Made by a program: the position numbers and the translations under genes
From: Octopus sinensis
Taxonomy: Eukaryota
DNA: 64,000 bases
NCBI RefSeq assembly: GCF_006345805.1
Contig: NC_043000.1
Location: forward strand, 56,110,001-56,174,000
Reading direction: 5' to 3'
Notes under the pieces: model-generated
What the model was told of the DNA's origin: nothing
The model's input: only the letters and a program-made list of their open reading frames with translations
Databases searched by the model: none
Part shown: positions 1 through 13,164 of the stretch, piece by piece
How the letters are laid out: each line of letters opens with the position of its first letter
Numbering within the stretch: the first letter of the stretch is position 1

Positions 1-215
1 AAATGATCAAGATCATAATGTTGTTATAAAATATGAATGATGAAAGTAAATTTTGTTTTATAATTGGAAGTGATTCTTGTGACCATTTGCAACTACAGTT
101 TTATTACTACAAATGAATAGTTATTTGTTCCTTACATTGATGACCCCCATATACATACATACAAACATACATATATACATATTATATATATATACATATA
201 TGTGTGTGTGTGTGT

Positions 216-511
216 GGAGGCCCAGTAGTTAGGGCAGCGGACTCAAAGTCGTAGGATCGCAGTTTCGATTCCCAGACCGGGCATTGTGAGTGTTTATTGA
301 GCGAAAACACCTAAAGCTCCACGAGGTTCTGGCAGGGGGTGGTGGCAATCCCTGCTGTACTCTTTCGACACAACTTTCTCTCATTCTTTCTTCTGTTGGC
401 CTGCTTGCTTAGCCAGCGGGGTGGCGTCATTTGGAGGCTAAAACAATGCGAATGCATTGTGACCAGCGATGTGTAGCAACATCTGATAGCCTGGTCGGTC
501 ATGGCGGCGGC

Positions 512-513
<2 letters not shown>
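216..513 (+). mobile_element. tRNA-derived SINE (head, body and 3' tail), ending in (TA)n
   Basis: tRNA-like head with A-box-like cagtagttagggc and B-box-like gtttcgattcc. The 3' part (gccagcggggtggcgtcatt...gatagcctggtcggtca) recurs as a reverse complement at 24185-24303, and the head recurs at about 54805. Confidence 0.8.
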
Positions 514-558
<45 letters not shown>

Positions 559-887
559 CAAGCATGTGAATGTCTTTGCGTTTGTCCTCCCACCACTTGG
601 CAACTAGTGTTGGTTTGTTTACATCCCTGTAACATAGCAGGTGAACAAAAAGGGAAAATAAAACAAGTATAAGAATTAACAAAAATGTACTAGGGTCAAT
701 TTGTTTGATTAAACCCATATATGGTGGGTCCCCAACATGGTTCAGAATCTAACAACAAAAGGAATAAAAGAATAAATGTTATCCAGATATTACTCAACAT
801 CAGATATTTCAGATTTATTTCTTTTGTTTTAATAAATCATTTACTTTCCTTGTAAACATAATTCAAGCTTTAATTACATAAATAATA

Positions 888-1452
888 CAGGGTGTCCATA
901 AAGACTCTTTACAATTTAAAAAAATTATTACAAAGGCAGTTGATGAGATATTTTAACCAGATTTATTTTATTTTAATAACTGTTCATTAAAGTTTTTATT
1001 GATATTAAATTTTTGTGTTTCAGATACTCAGTTGATGGAAGGGAACTGATTCACTGAATCAGTTTGTCAATCAAACATTTCCCGACCGATGGATTGAAAG
1101 GGATGGGCCAATTCTATAGTCACTGCGTTCACCAGATATCATTCCATTGGACTTCTTTTCATGGGGTTATGTAAAAGATATCGTGTATCAAACAAAGATG
1201 CAGGACATTGCTGACTTGAAGCAAAGGATTCGTAATGCCATTGCCACAGTTGATGAGGCTATCCTACAGTGAATATGGCAAGAAATCAAGTACTATCTTG
1301 ATGTGCTTCACACAAATAATGGTGCCCATATTGAGGTCTATTAAATAACAGTTAACAAAACTTTAATAAACAATTATTACAATAAAACAAATCTGGTCAA
1401 CTGCCTTTGTAATAAAATTTTAAAATTGTAAAGTGACTTAATAGACACCCTG
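888..1452 (+). mobile_element. Internally deleted Tc1/mariner element with transposase C-terminal remnant
   Basis: TA target duplications at 886-887 and 1453-1454. Imperfect TIRs CAGGGTGTCCATAAAG...AAAGGCAGTTGA and TCAACTGCCTTT...GACACCCTG. The interior translates, with disruptions, to RSPDIIPLDFF..GYVKDIVY.TKMQDIADLKQRIRNAIATVDEA, matching the Tc1/mariner SPDLxPLDFFLWGYxK motif. Confidence 0.9.
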
Positions 1453-2958
1453 TAAATTAGAAAGGATTTTCTGATAAATCTGGAAGAAAGGTCTTGTTTG
1501 AGTAAATGACCATAGTAAACAGAAACAGATATTTATAATTGAAAAATGAGCCAAAGAATGAGGTCTGTATGTGGTCCATCGACATGCTAGAAATTGTAGT
1601 CAAATCTCCCTCAAATCAATTCCTTCCACCTTTAACAACAAAAAACGAGTGTACATAGGATAATTTGGTCTTAGAGATAATATATGTGAAAATATGATAA
1701 AAAGGCCAAGGCTGGGATGACATTGATCATAGGTCTACTTCATCAGGACTAACTTGGTGGGGACAGTGGTGGGGAGGCACACAATAACCTACAACAACAT
1801 AATTGACGAAGTTTCAACATTTGATTGATAAAGTTATTAATGTGTATTCAACAACTAAATAGGTTACAACAGGTCAGATGGATTCATCAGTAATAGAAAG
1901 AATAATAATAGGAGAAAGAGAGATAGACATAGTGAGAGAAAAAGAGGAAGATGGACAGAGAGAGAGAGAGAAAGGGGGAGAGTGAGAGAGAGAGAGTATG
2001 TTAAAACCAATTTGCTTCATGAATTTCATAAGCAAAAATTTGATTAATTCTGAGTAAATATTTATGAGACTACTGTATTGCGATGGTTTATGTTGCATCC
2101 TTTTCTCAAATTAATGCCTGCTATTTAAAATTTTCTATATCATTTATTTGTATCAATGGTCTCTTTTGACTAGTTTCCAAATATTCCAAGTATGTATTGG
2201 AATAATTGAAGCCAATTCATCATAATTTCATATTTACTTACAATTTATCCTCTTTAGTAAAGTCATACAGCATTGTGATTAGGCGGTAGATTTATTATTA
2301 TAAGATCCTGGGTTCAATTCCTGAACCAGGTTGCAAGTTGTGTCTTTGAGAACATATTTCATTTCATGTTACCCTAATTGACTCAGCCAATATGAGTACC
2401 AAATATGTGATTCTGCAGTCTTCTGTCCCTTCAACTGTCACGTCATAGGTATTTTTCTGGGTCTGTCCTGGGAAAGCCAAGTGAGGGTTTATATCTGCTC
2501 ACAACTATATACCCCCCTAAAACAATTAGTGAAAGCATGGTACATGTACCAAGTCATAATTACTTGTGAGTAACAGCTAAGGCTTTTTATTCTTTTTAGC
2601 AAGTCAAACCTTTTAATGGTAAATGTCCTAATTTTTCTCAAAGAATATACTTAATGCCTAATTTCTCATGCTATTCAACATTCTAAATTAATTTCCTAAA
2701 CTCTCCCAGCTTTATATATATTTTACCATTCTGTTAATTCACAAGATCAAATATGTTATATCCTTGTTTTATCAAGTATATTTCACAATAATACCATTTA
2801 GAAATATTATTACAATTTGATGGATATCTAATTATTTGTACACACACTTTTAAAATAAATGAAGTGGAATTGTATCAAAGATCATGTTGTATATGTACGA
2901 CACTTGACATTTTGTACCAAACATATACAATATTTTTTAAACCTTTCCATTCCATAAG

Positions 2959-2989
<31 letters not shown>

Positions 2990-3467
2990 TACACACATAC
3001 ATACATACATACATACATACATACATACATACATACATACATTACATCAGTGTTGGTCTGACCACCAAGTTCCCAGGTTCTTTGAGATGGTTTTTTTTCT
3101 TTTGTATCATGCTAGAGGAGAAGAGGTTGCTAGCCCCCACTTAACTTCCTTTTATTTCTTGAAAACTAGGGAAGTTTGTGAGACCCTCTGGAACCTTTCC
3201 ACAGTATAGCATAGCAAGTTGTTACAGGGAGAGAGAGAAAAGACAAAAGGGTGAAGATGAATCAACCCTAGTATATGGCTAGTGTATTATTTATCAACCT
3301 TGAAACAATGAAAGGAAAAGTTGAATTTAATAAGATTTGTAATTAGAATACAGAGAGCCAGAACATTGCTTTGTCAAAATAAGTGCAAAGTAGTAAGTTT
3401 AGCACCAGTTTGACTGCAGGAATTACCAAAAAAAAAAAAAACTATGTTGAACACTAGAATGCTTTAG

Positions 3468-3720
3468 AGTAGTGATTCTCAGCTATTTTTTGCCAATGGA
3501 CCCCTTTGATTCCTTTTTTTACTCTACTGCACCCTTATAACTGTTTGATGATAAAAAAAATCCTATTATGTTTTTATAATTAAATATTATTAGGAATTAT
3601 ATAAAAACAAATTTGTTGAATTATTTTGTGTACTGTAGAAGTAATAACCAATTTATTGCATATAAATTTTCAATGAAAACTCTTATGTGGACCTCCAGGG
3701 GTCATGTGGAGGTTCCACTC
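3468..3720 (+). mobile_element. Decayed hAT-like MITE
   Basis: Begins agtgattctcagc...gccaatggacccc and ends gtggacctccaggggtcatgtggaggttccact. The ends resemble CAGTGGTTCTCAAC-type hAT termini but are heavily diverged. Confidence 0.4.
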
Positions 3721-3819
3721 CAGATTTATCATAAGGTTTACCCATTAGGCTTTGTCTCACAAAGGTTATTTGCTTATGGCTAGGGATCTTTAACCTACTG
3801 CCCTTCACTATAGCAAATA

Positions 3820-4036
3820 TGAGGGGATGCTGAATAGTTCCTGGCCTTAAGGGTATCGCAAAAGGCTTCATTGGAGGCCCAACCTTCTCAGTTCTTTTAC
3901 AGGGCTTAGAAAAACTGAAGGACTATTGTAATAAGTGTGTGAATCTGAGAGGGGAATATGTTGGATAAAATCATAATTAACTGATCTTCCTGTATTTTCC
4001 TTTACCCAAAGCCAGGAACTTTTCAGCACCCCTTTG
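3820..4036 (+). mobile_element. mariner-derived MITE, copy 1
   Basis: TA flanks. TIRs (T)GAGGGGATGCTGAATAGTTCCTGGC and GCCAGGAACTTTTCAGCACCCCTTTG. The interior encodes LQGLEKLKDYCNKCVNLRGEYV, resembling the mariner transposase C-terminus. Second copy at 13165-13370. Confidence 0.85.
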
Positions 4037-4606
4037 TACATCATTCCAAACACATGGCATCTCCAAGTAAAGCAGTATTTAAAAATGGTTTGAAAAGTTG
4101 ACAGACCTTAAATCACAAGGACTAAAAGGCAAAGTTGGTAACCAATGATATTTGAACATAGAGCAGAGATAGTAGAAATTCAATGCTGTAAAGCATTTAT
4201 TTAGCTTACCCCAACATTTCTACATTTTTGGCAAACTGCACAACTTTTGCATATAGGGTAGATTAGTTGGTTCCCTCACTCCCAACACCTATTCCCCCAA
4301 AATACTATATGAACAGGTTCAGTGTTTTAAGGTTGATTTTATGACAAATATGCAAAAAGCTAATAAAAGATACAAAAATATTGAAACATATGTACAGTCA
4401 TTCATCAGTATTCTGTGGAATTTATTGTTCTTGCTGCTTTTTCTCTCTCTTTCTCTCTTCCTCCTTCTCTTTTACAATCTATCATTTCAAATGCAGCTAA
4501 TTTGATTTCTATGGACAATAATAATAATGGTAGAAAAAGTAGCAGCAGCAGTATTCACATCTGTTATTAATATTTGTTATTACCATTAGTACAGTTGTTG
4601 CTTTTA

Positions 4607-4656
<50 letters not shown>

Positions 4657-5132
4657 ATATCAGCAGTTATATTATCACAGCATGCCTATGCAACTAAATT
4701 AAGCACACACAGCATGCCTATAAAATATTTGTAAGGATTTTCTTTTCTCTGCAGCCTTACTGTATTGATGATAATAAAAGGGCTCCTGTATCCCTTGTGC
4801 TTAGATGCTGAGTACAGGGCAATGTTTATAGAGAACCAAAAGATACAAAAATATGATTTACCTTAATAAACACTCAACTGAATCACTATAAGGTTGAATT
4901 TGTTTTTCATCCTTCAGGAACAGAATAAACATATGTCAGGGTTGATTTAATTAACTACACCCTTCTACAGAGGCTGTGGCATTGTGCCTATATCAGATAT
5001 CCTTATTGAACCATTAGTGTCAGAGAAATGCTTTGAGGTATTTAGTTATGGTGCTACATATTCTAAGTTCAAATCCTGTTGAGGATTTCTCTAGGATTGA
5101 TAAAATAAAGTGCCAGTCAAGTGATGATGTGA

Positions 5133-5275
5133 TTTAACACTTTAGCATTTAGACTAGCTGTTCAAAATCAGCCAGATCTGGGCTCTCACATCTACCCTGC
5201 ATTATCATACTAAATATAAACAATTACATCATTGAAATCTCAAAGCTATGAAATAATGCACAATTAATACAAAAC
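5133..5275 (+). mobile_element. Fragment of TTAA-flanked (piggyBac-like) MITE, truncated by the RTE insertion
   Basis: ttaacactttagcattt...gccagatctgggctctcacatctacc matches the complete copy at 26976-27374. Confidence 0.6.
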
Positions 5276-5279
5276 AATG

Positions 5280-6622
5280 CTACTACCTTTGTTGATAACT
5301 AGTGGCCTTTCCCTCAGAGTGAAAGGCAGATTGTATGATGCCTGTATATAAACATTCATCCAACATGGTGGTGAAACATGCGCTGTGACTGGAGAGGACA
5401 TGTGAAGGCTTGAAAGAAATGAAGCCAGCATGCTCTGCTGGATGTGCAATGCCAGTGAGCATGTATGATGGAGTGTATGCGTTTGAAGAGAAAAACTAAG
5501 TATAAGAGGCATCAGATGTTGTAAGCAAGAGAGAAGACTGCACTGGTATGGTTGTGTGATGCATATGGATGAGGACAGCTATATTAATTGTGGAGGGAAC
5601 CTGTAGAAGGGGTAGACTCAGGAAGACATGGAATGATGTGGCAAGAAATAATCTTCAGTTACTGAGTCTCACAGAGATGACAAGTGATCAAGATTTCTGG
5701 GAATTTGCTGTGCATGAGAAGACAAATCAGAGCTTAGTGAAATCATGGCCATCCACACATACATACATGTCCCATATGGCCATGCACACCCCCACACACA
5801 CATACACAATCTGGCTTCTGTCAAAACCCACCCATTTTCCCAATACCTGTTACAAGTCCCTCCACTCTCCCTCACATGCCATGCCCACTGCATGCCCCTC
5901 CACTCTCTAGTGTGCCTATATGCACACTCCATGCCCTCACATATTTTCCTTAACCCTCTCCCAGCTTCTCCAATTTCCTTCACTATAACTTTCCCCACCT
6001 CTAAACATCCCCTCACACTCTCAAGGAACATACCCTTCTATCCCCTCTGTACTACTTATACTCCCCACTGTCCCCTGACAGTAGGCCCCCAATACATCTC
6101 CACCACCATCTATTTTTCTCTCTCTCTCTCCTCTCTCTCTGTATTTATCAACCTCTATCTATCTATCTATCTATCTATCTATTTATCTGACTGTCTTTCT
6201 CTCTATCTTTCTCCCACCTTCCTTCCCCTCTTGTCCTACTGGAGTAGCCAGGTATCTCCTCTATGGTAAGACTAATAAGACAACTATCTCTATCCCTCTA
6301 TTATACTCTAACCTCTTGCCTGTCACACAGCCACTCCCTCAGATCCACTTCCTCACTCAACTGAGAAGTCATTCTCTTGTAAGTTACTTGGTGACCCTGC
6401 TGGTGCTGGTACTGGTGCCATGTAAAAAGCACCTGTGCTGGTGCCATATTTAAAACACCAAGTACGTTCTGTAAAATGGTTGGTGTTAAGAAGGGCATCC
6501 GGCCATAGAAACTATGCCAAGACAAACAACTGGAGCCTGGTGCAGCTCTCTGGCCTGCCAGCTCCTGTCAAACCGTCCAGCCCAAGGCAGCATGGAAAAT
6601 AGATGTTAAATGATGATGATGA
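5280..6622 (+). mobile_element. 5'-truncated, decayed RTE-clade LINE (ORF C-terminus, 3'UTR and (GAT)n tail)
   Basis: Disrupted translation LLPLLITSGLSLRVKGRLYDAC...ERNEASMLCWMCN...RRLHWYGCVMHMDED...VEGTCRRGRLRKTWNDV...LTEMTSDQDFWEFAVHEKT is typical of the RTE ORF end. The 3' end is aagggcatccggccatagaaac...catggaaaatagatgttaaatgatgatgatg. Confidence 0.85.
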
Positions 6623-6933
6623 TATACACAGATAAAAACAAATACACACACATACACACACACTACACAGATATGCATATGTATATGCATATTTACATAT
6701 ACAACACATAAATACATTTATAAGAAAATACTACTAAGCTTTGCTCAAATAAACAAGGTTGGTGCTACATTCTAATATAGAATTAATTAATTTGTATGTT
6801 CTGTGATGTGTTACATATGTAAATATAGATGTACATATATGTACACACAAACAACCACACACACATGTATACATTTTACATGTGTGAGTATGCCTGCATG
6901 CATGTGTGTATGTGCATGTGTGCATGTGTGTGT

Positions 6934-7016
<83 letters not shown>

Positions 7017-7534
7017 CAAAGGTGAAATTACCAAATGTGAAAGGAATTTCTTGTCGATGATAAATATTCAGTCTCTGTATAACACTGAAATATGTTATAA
7101 CAATTTTGATTGAAAAAAATATAATAAAATATATAAATCAAAATCTAACTTTGCTTTTATATAGTATATCACATAGATTTTTTTAAATTTCATTTTTTAT
7201 TTATGTATTTATTTATGTTTTTTGTCTAGTTTGCTCTAAACAAATTTTTACATTTTTTTTTATTTTCTTTTCATTTCCTGTGTGTATTGGTTGAATGGTT
7301 CTTCAAATTCGGATATTTGCATGAATTGTTGGAACTGGTGTTTTCCAGTTGGATTCTCCTCCTAGATCTCCAGCCATTCAACTGTACAGTGTTTGATGTG
7401 TTATAATTTATTGAATAAATAATGTCTAATTAATCTCTATATAACTAAACAGAGAAATAAGACATAATAAAATAAAAACAGAAATAAAAAATAAATTAAA
7501 TAAATAGCAATTTTCAAAAAAAAACCAAAAAACA

Positions 7535-7572
<38 letters not shown>

Positions 7573-7582
7573 CAACAACAAC

Positions 7583-7630
<48 letters not shown>

Positions 7631-8124
7631 GGAAAAAAAAAATAATAATAAAAATAATAATAATACACTTCTTTTACACTAAAATAGTGTTATGCTAGCT
7701 CCATGCTTTTCAACTATCTGAAGGTGAAATACTTTAAAAGATGTTGTTTACTGAAGCCAATCACTACTCGAGAATTTCAGTAGTGAGGCAGTGGAGTAAA
7801 GAAAAAAAAGAATGTGCTTTAATAATGATTTCTATTAAATAGGCGCAAAGCCAATTTTTCACGTGAAGGACGAAATGATTGATCAAGTCACCTCTGTATT
7901 TCTATTGTAGCACTATTTCGCCATTTGGAAGAGGAAGCTTACTTATGCTTCTACTCTGTAGAAAATGCTTCCATTTTTATGAGAAAGAAAATAAGAATGA
8001 GGACATTATTATTTTGGAATTCTATATAAAAAGAATTTAAATCTCAATAATATACAATATACATACATGCATACATACACATGCACACACACATGCATCA
8101 CATACATATATATATATATATATA

Positions 8125-8175
<51 letters not shown>

Positions 8176-8249
8176 TATGCATACACACCCATACATCATG
8201 CATACATACATACATACATACATAAATATCTATATATATATATATATAT

Positions 8250-8520
8250 CTTCAGTGTGACCGTCCAAGATCTACAGACATTTACGGAAGTAAACTTATG
8301 TAATATGTTAATAGTGAAACATGTATATGTATATATAACGGGAAGCTTTATGAAAATAAACAAAAGACGAAGGCAGGTGGAATACAAACAAACAATTGTA
8401 TTAGTATGGAGCTCAGGAATATAATAAAACAAGTCTTTTATGTTTTGAGCCTACGCTCTTCAACAGAAAGATACACAGAAAAGAAACACGAGAGAAACAA
8501 GGAGAGAAAAAAAATGTGTA
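8250..8520 (-). mobile_element. Short (TA)n-embedded element carrying a decayed minimal hammerhead motif
   Basis: Its reverse complement aligns with 61696-61860 (tttctctccttg...atctttctgt(t/c)gaagagc(g/a)taggctc...aaaagact...cccgttatata). Flanked by (TA)n on both sides. Confidence 0.7.
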
Positions 8521-8523
8521 AAT

Positions 8524-8575
<52 letters not shown>

Positions 8576-9109
8576 CATACATATTATATATATATAATAT
8601 ATATATATAGTATATATATATACACCATACACTGTTCTTGAGAAGGTTTTTACACCAAGGATAATACATGGGCTGGCTCAGTTTCCACTTCTGTCTCAGA
8701 GATAGATCTAAAACTGATCTAGAGTACACAGGGCATGTTACTGAAGAGGTCACAAAAGGCAACATAAGGACTTTGGCAAACACAAATGATTCATTGATTA
8801 ACCAAATGACTAATCAAAAACCAATTACTTAGTTAAAAAGCTAACCAATTGAATAATAATAATAACAGTAATAATAAAAAGAAGAATTATAATAACAATA
8901 ATAATCCTGTTTACTATAGGCAAAAGGCCTGGGTTTTTGACAGGATGGGGACAATCGTTCACATCAACCCTAGTACTTGACTGGTACTTAATTCATTAAC
9001 CCTGATAGGATTAAAGGCAAAGTTGACCTCAGCAGAATTTAAACTCAGAACATAGCGATGGGCAAAATACTGCTAAACATTTTGCCCAGCATACTAACGC
9101 CTCTGCTAA

Positions 9110-9296
9110 CTATGATTATTTAATTAAGATGTCTATTATCGGTGCAAGTATAGCTTTATTGTTCAAAAGTTTGCTTTTGATCTCATGGTATTGTTTTTTA
9201 TTCTTTAATTTGGTCCTGCTTTGTAGGCAGTGCATCCACATTGAATGACTGTCTTCTATCATGGGCTTGTGTTAAACAATGTTCACATGTGAAAAT
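9110..9296. repeat. Left copy of a ~187-bp dispersed inverted repeat (partner 10773-10960)
   Basis: ctatgattatttaattaagatgtctattatcggtgcaagtatagc...aatgttcacatg is the reverse complement of 10773-10960, with a few substitutions. Confidence 0.9.
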
Positions 9297-9375
9297 AAAG
9301 TCAACAGAGAAGATATATGTTGGTGAGATGTTCGACATATTATTTTCTTTCCATATTCAACACAACTTAATAATG

Positions 9376-9409
<34 letters not shown>

Positions 9410-9413
9410 TGAT

Positions 9414-9462
<49 letters not shown>

Positions 9463-9537
9463 GTTGTAATGATAAAGAAGAATCCATTTCAACACACGAG
9501 TTCACATCAATTATCTTGCAAACCTAATAGAAAACCA

Positions 9538-9584
<47 letters not shown>

Positions 9585-9852
9585 TAACATATATATATAT
9601 AAATAGATCATAGACATAAAATGGAATTCACGAAATTCTTTATAGAAACTCTACAGACACAATGCAATCTGAAGTATATCCAACAGCCTGTGCAGTTCTA
9701 CTCTATGATGACATTAGGTAGCCAATAACTGTGGGTCAGCTTTTCACAGCATTCAACAAGATTTTTACCCAAATGTGACAAAACTTTCTCTCTCTCTCAC
9801 TTTCTCTCTCTCACTCTCTCTCTCTCCCTTTCACTCCTCTCTCTCTCTCTCA

Positions 9853-9894
<42 letters not shown>

Positions 9895-10063
9895 TGCTCG
9901 GAATGAGGAGTAGATAGACAGCCGACAACTGATGAAGGGTCTTTCTCTGTGTTTACCTGTCCTGTTTTCCATTTTCTCCTCGTTGTTTATGTATTTAAGT
10001 CATTTGTCAACGTATTTCATGTTATTTGCATCAATGGTGATGTCCTGTACCCAGATATGCATG

Positions 10064-10065
<2 letters not shown>
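9895..10065 (+). mobile_element. Short (TA)n-embedded repeat element (unclassified)
   Basis: Non-repetitive island between (TA)n tracts. Contains gccgacaactgatgaaggg, similar to ggccgataactgatgaagag at about 28927. Confidence 0.4.
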
Positions 10066-10095
<30 letters not shown>

Positions 10096-11424
10096 CATAC
10101 ATATATATATATAAGAGAACAAAGTGTACGTACGCCACTATATATATATATAATAATATTATATATATATAAAATACAAAATGGGACAAGAATGCAAAAC
10201 ATCCAGACAACTAGGTGATACAAAAAGGGACAACAAAACATCCAGATAAATGATACAAAAAAGCAAAGACAGGTCATTCGAAGCTTTCTATCCTCAGTCA
10301 AGAACCAGATCATCCTCGCAATTTCGGCTGATTAATCTTGAGATTGCTCCAATCTGGCCAGCCCCAAGGAAAAATTAAGCTAAGAGCATTAGATTCCTTG
10401 GAAGAAAGCGTTGAATGTATATGAAAACAAGGATGGAAAAACAGATAATGTTACACAAATATAAATACAATAAAAATAATAATAACAGCACATAACAACA
10501 GGTGTCTTTCGAGTGAGGACAAATCAAATTCAGCTGGTGTGTGTGGAAATGAAGCCTTACAGCAGAGATACAAAAATTTCACAAACACAGGGGAGAATAT
10601 TGTCGTTGCACTGACCATGATGAGACCCAAAAAGAGAGAGACTAAAATTGTCTTCACACTGAAAATGATTTGTTGTATACAGATTTAGGATTCATGTATA
10701 TCTGCCTAGTAATCAATAAATAATATTCTAATAAATGCTATATGTAAGCAACACAACAGTATTTGGTGACCAAATTTCCCATGTGAACATTGTTTAACAC
10801 AAGCCCATGATAGAAGACATTCATTCAATGTGGATGCACTGCCAACAAAGCAGGACCAAATTGAAGAAAAAAAAACAATACCATTTGATCAAAAGGCAAA
10901 CTTCTGAACAATAAAGCTATACTTGCACCGATAATAGACATCTTAATTAAATAATCATAGATGAATGAAAATTAAAGCAAAACCAAAATAAATAAATAAT
11001 AATAATGTAAGGTTCAATCCCCAAAATAAATGAAAAAGAATGGTATCATAAGAAGGAATTCAAAATCTGTAAGGACAGTTTTGTTTTTTGTTTTCTAAAT
11101 ATAAAAAAAAAAGATTCAGAATAGCTGCAATGACAGATCAAGATATCTGACATAAGCTTCTCATTGTAAATGTGATACATAGTTACACTTCCAATATAAA
11201 ATAAATAAGGAATAAAGATCATCTCTCAACTTAAATGACTGTCAAGATATCTACAAGATTTTGCAATAAGATAAGTGAACAACAGGTAAAGTTTGTAAAA
11301 AAAAATAAAGTCAACAGAGAAGATATATGTTGGTGAGATGTTCGACATATTATTTCTTCCATATTCAATATAATTTTCTTTGCTGATATGCTTTTAAGAA
11401 AACTAAATCCTTCCTTCTTATTAT

Positions 11425-11455
<31 letters not shown>

Positions 11456-12152
11456 TATATATATTATACATCTACATATATATATATATCTTACATTCAT
11501 ACATATATATATATATACATCATACATATATATTATATATATGCATGTAGGTATGTGTATATATATATATATGCACACATATACATATATACATACATAC
11601 ACATATATATATATATATATACACATACATATATTATAAACACATATATATGCAAAAATATATACATACATGTATATGTATATATCATAGTATATATGGT
11701 TTGGTCTTTATAATTTAACCTTTCATTTTAAATGAGACTGAAGTTTTGTGTGTGTGTGTGTGTGTGGTGAGGGTGTTTTTATGATGATATGAGTGTATGC
11801 GCATTTGTATGCGGATGATCCAGAAACTATAATTTATACTTGGAAAAAAATTGCACTGAAAAATATTCATAAGCATGTTCACACACATATTACATGGGGA
11901 TGCCAGTGTATGTATATGTGTGTATACATTGTACTGTGAATGTGTGATGAACCTCATAGTTATTTTATAAAAAAACACACAGATATACATTGCATGAATG
12001 CATTATGAACATGTGTGTAATAGATATATATATATATATATCTATAAGATATATATATACACAATATAATATACATATATATATACATAGACATATAATA
12101 TATATATATTATATTATATATATATAATATATACATATATATATACATATAC

Positions 12153-12195
<43 letters not shown>

Positions 12196-12608
12196 TATAC
12201 ATATATATACATATATATATATACACACACACACATATATATTATATAATATATATATATATATACACTATATATACATATTATATATAATATATATATA
12301 TATAAATATATATATATAAATATATATATATAATAAATAAATATATATATATATAATATATATATATCATATATTATAGATAAATATATTACATATATAT
12401 ACAACATACACATATACAGTTGTATATACACACACAAAAACATACATATATACATGCACACACACATATACATACATGCCATATACACACACATGCATAC
12501 CACATTTAAACTCAAACACCGTCACACACATATACAATCAATGCTTCTACTTAAAATTCAAAGTATTTGAGTAAAAAGATTTTGGACATTTTGACATTTA
12601 TGCATCAT

Positions 12609-12724
12609 CTAAATGTGAATACTGCGTCTTGTTTCTGTGGAACTCTGAGGAATAAAAATTGCTCCGAGGAGACAACTAGTAGAAGCATCTGTTAAAAACA
12701 ATAATCCAAAGACTTGGATAAAAC
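12609..12724 (-). CDS. Candidate terminal coding exon, hydrophobic peptide (G)FIQVFGLLFLTDASTSCLLGAIFIPQSSTETRRSIHI*
   Basis: Pyrimidine-rich acceptor ccttttcattatcagcatttcag. The phase-1 frame runs 37 codons to TAG, while the other two frames stop earlier. Non-repetitive composition. No protein family recognised. Confidence 0.4.
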
Positions 12725-13103
12725 CTGAAATGCTGATAATGAAAAGGGGAAGAAAAGAAATGAAATAAGATATTTGCTGGAACCACTGACATCTTTTGAA
12801 AATAACTTGAAAGGGAATAAAATATTGAAAAAATATAGTAAAAAAAAAATATGGTATAAAAAATACAAAAAGAGGAAGAGGAGAGAAAAACAAAAAATTT
12901 AAGGAAAAAAGAAAACAAAACAAAAAGAAATTAGGACACTGTGTTTACTGTCTCCATCAATTCTTTTTAGTTTGGTTTTGAAAAATTTTGGATAATAAAA
13001 AGCAGTGAAATGGAAAGGAAGGAAGATATCAAATCATTAGTTTTAATAGATATAAATACATAAATATACAAATACACACACACCCTCTCGCATGCACACA
13101 CAA

Positions 13104-13146
<43 letters not shown>

Positions 13147-13164
13147 CATATACATATATATACA

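Noticed and set aside
216-285. tRNA gene
   Set aside because: The tRNA-like A and B boxes continue into a multicopy SINE body and no complete cloverleaf is evident. The same holds for the other SINE heads.
10265-10300. Complete hammerhead on the minus strand (CUGAGGA...GAAU)
   Set aside because: It lacks GAAA, the NUH register and stem I pairing.
11231-12515. YI-rich ORFs
   Set aside because: They are translations of (TA)n and (CA)n microsatellites. The same applies to most of the ORF track.
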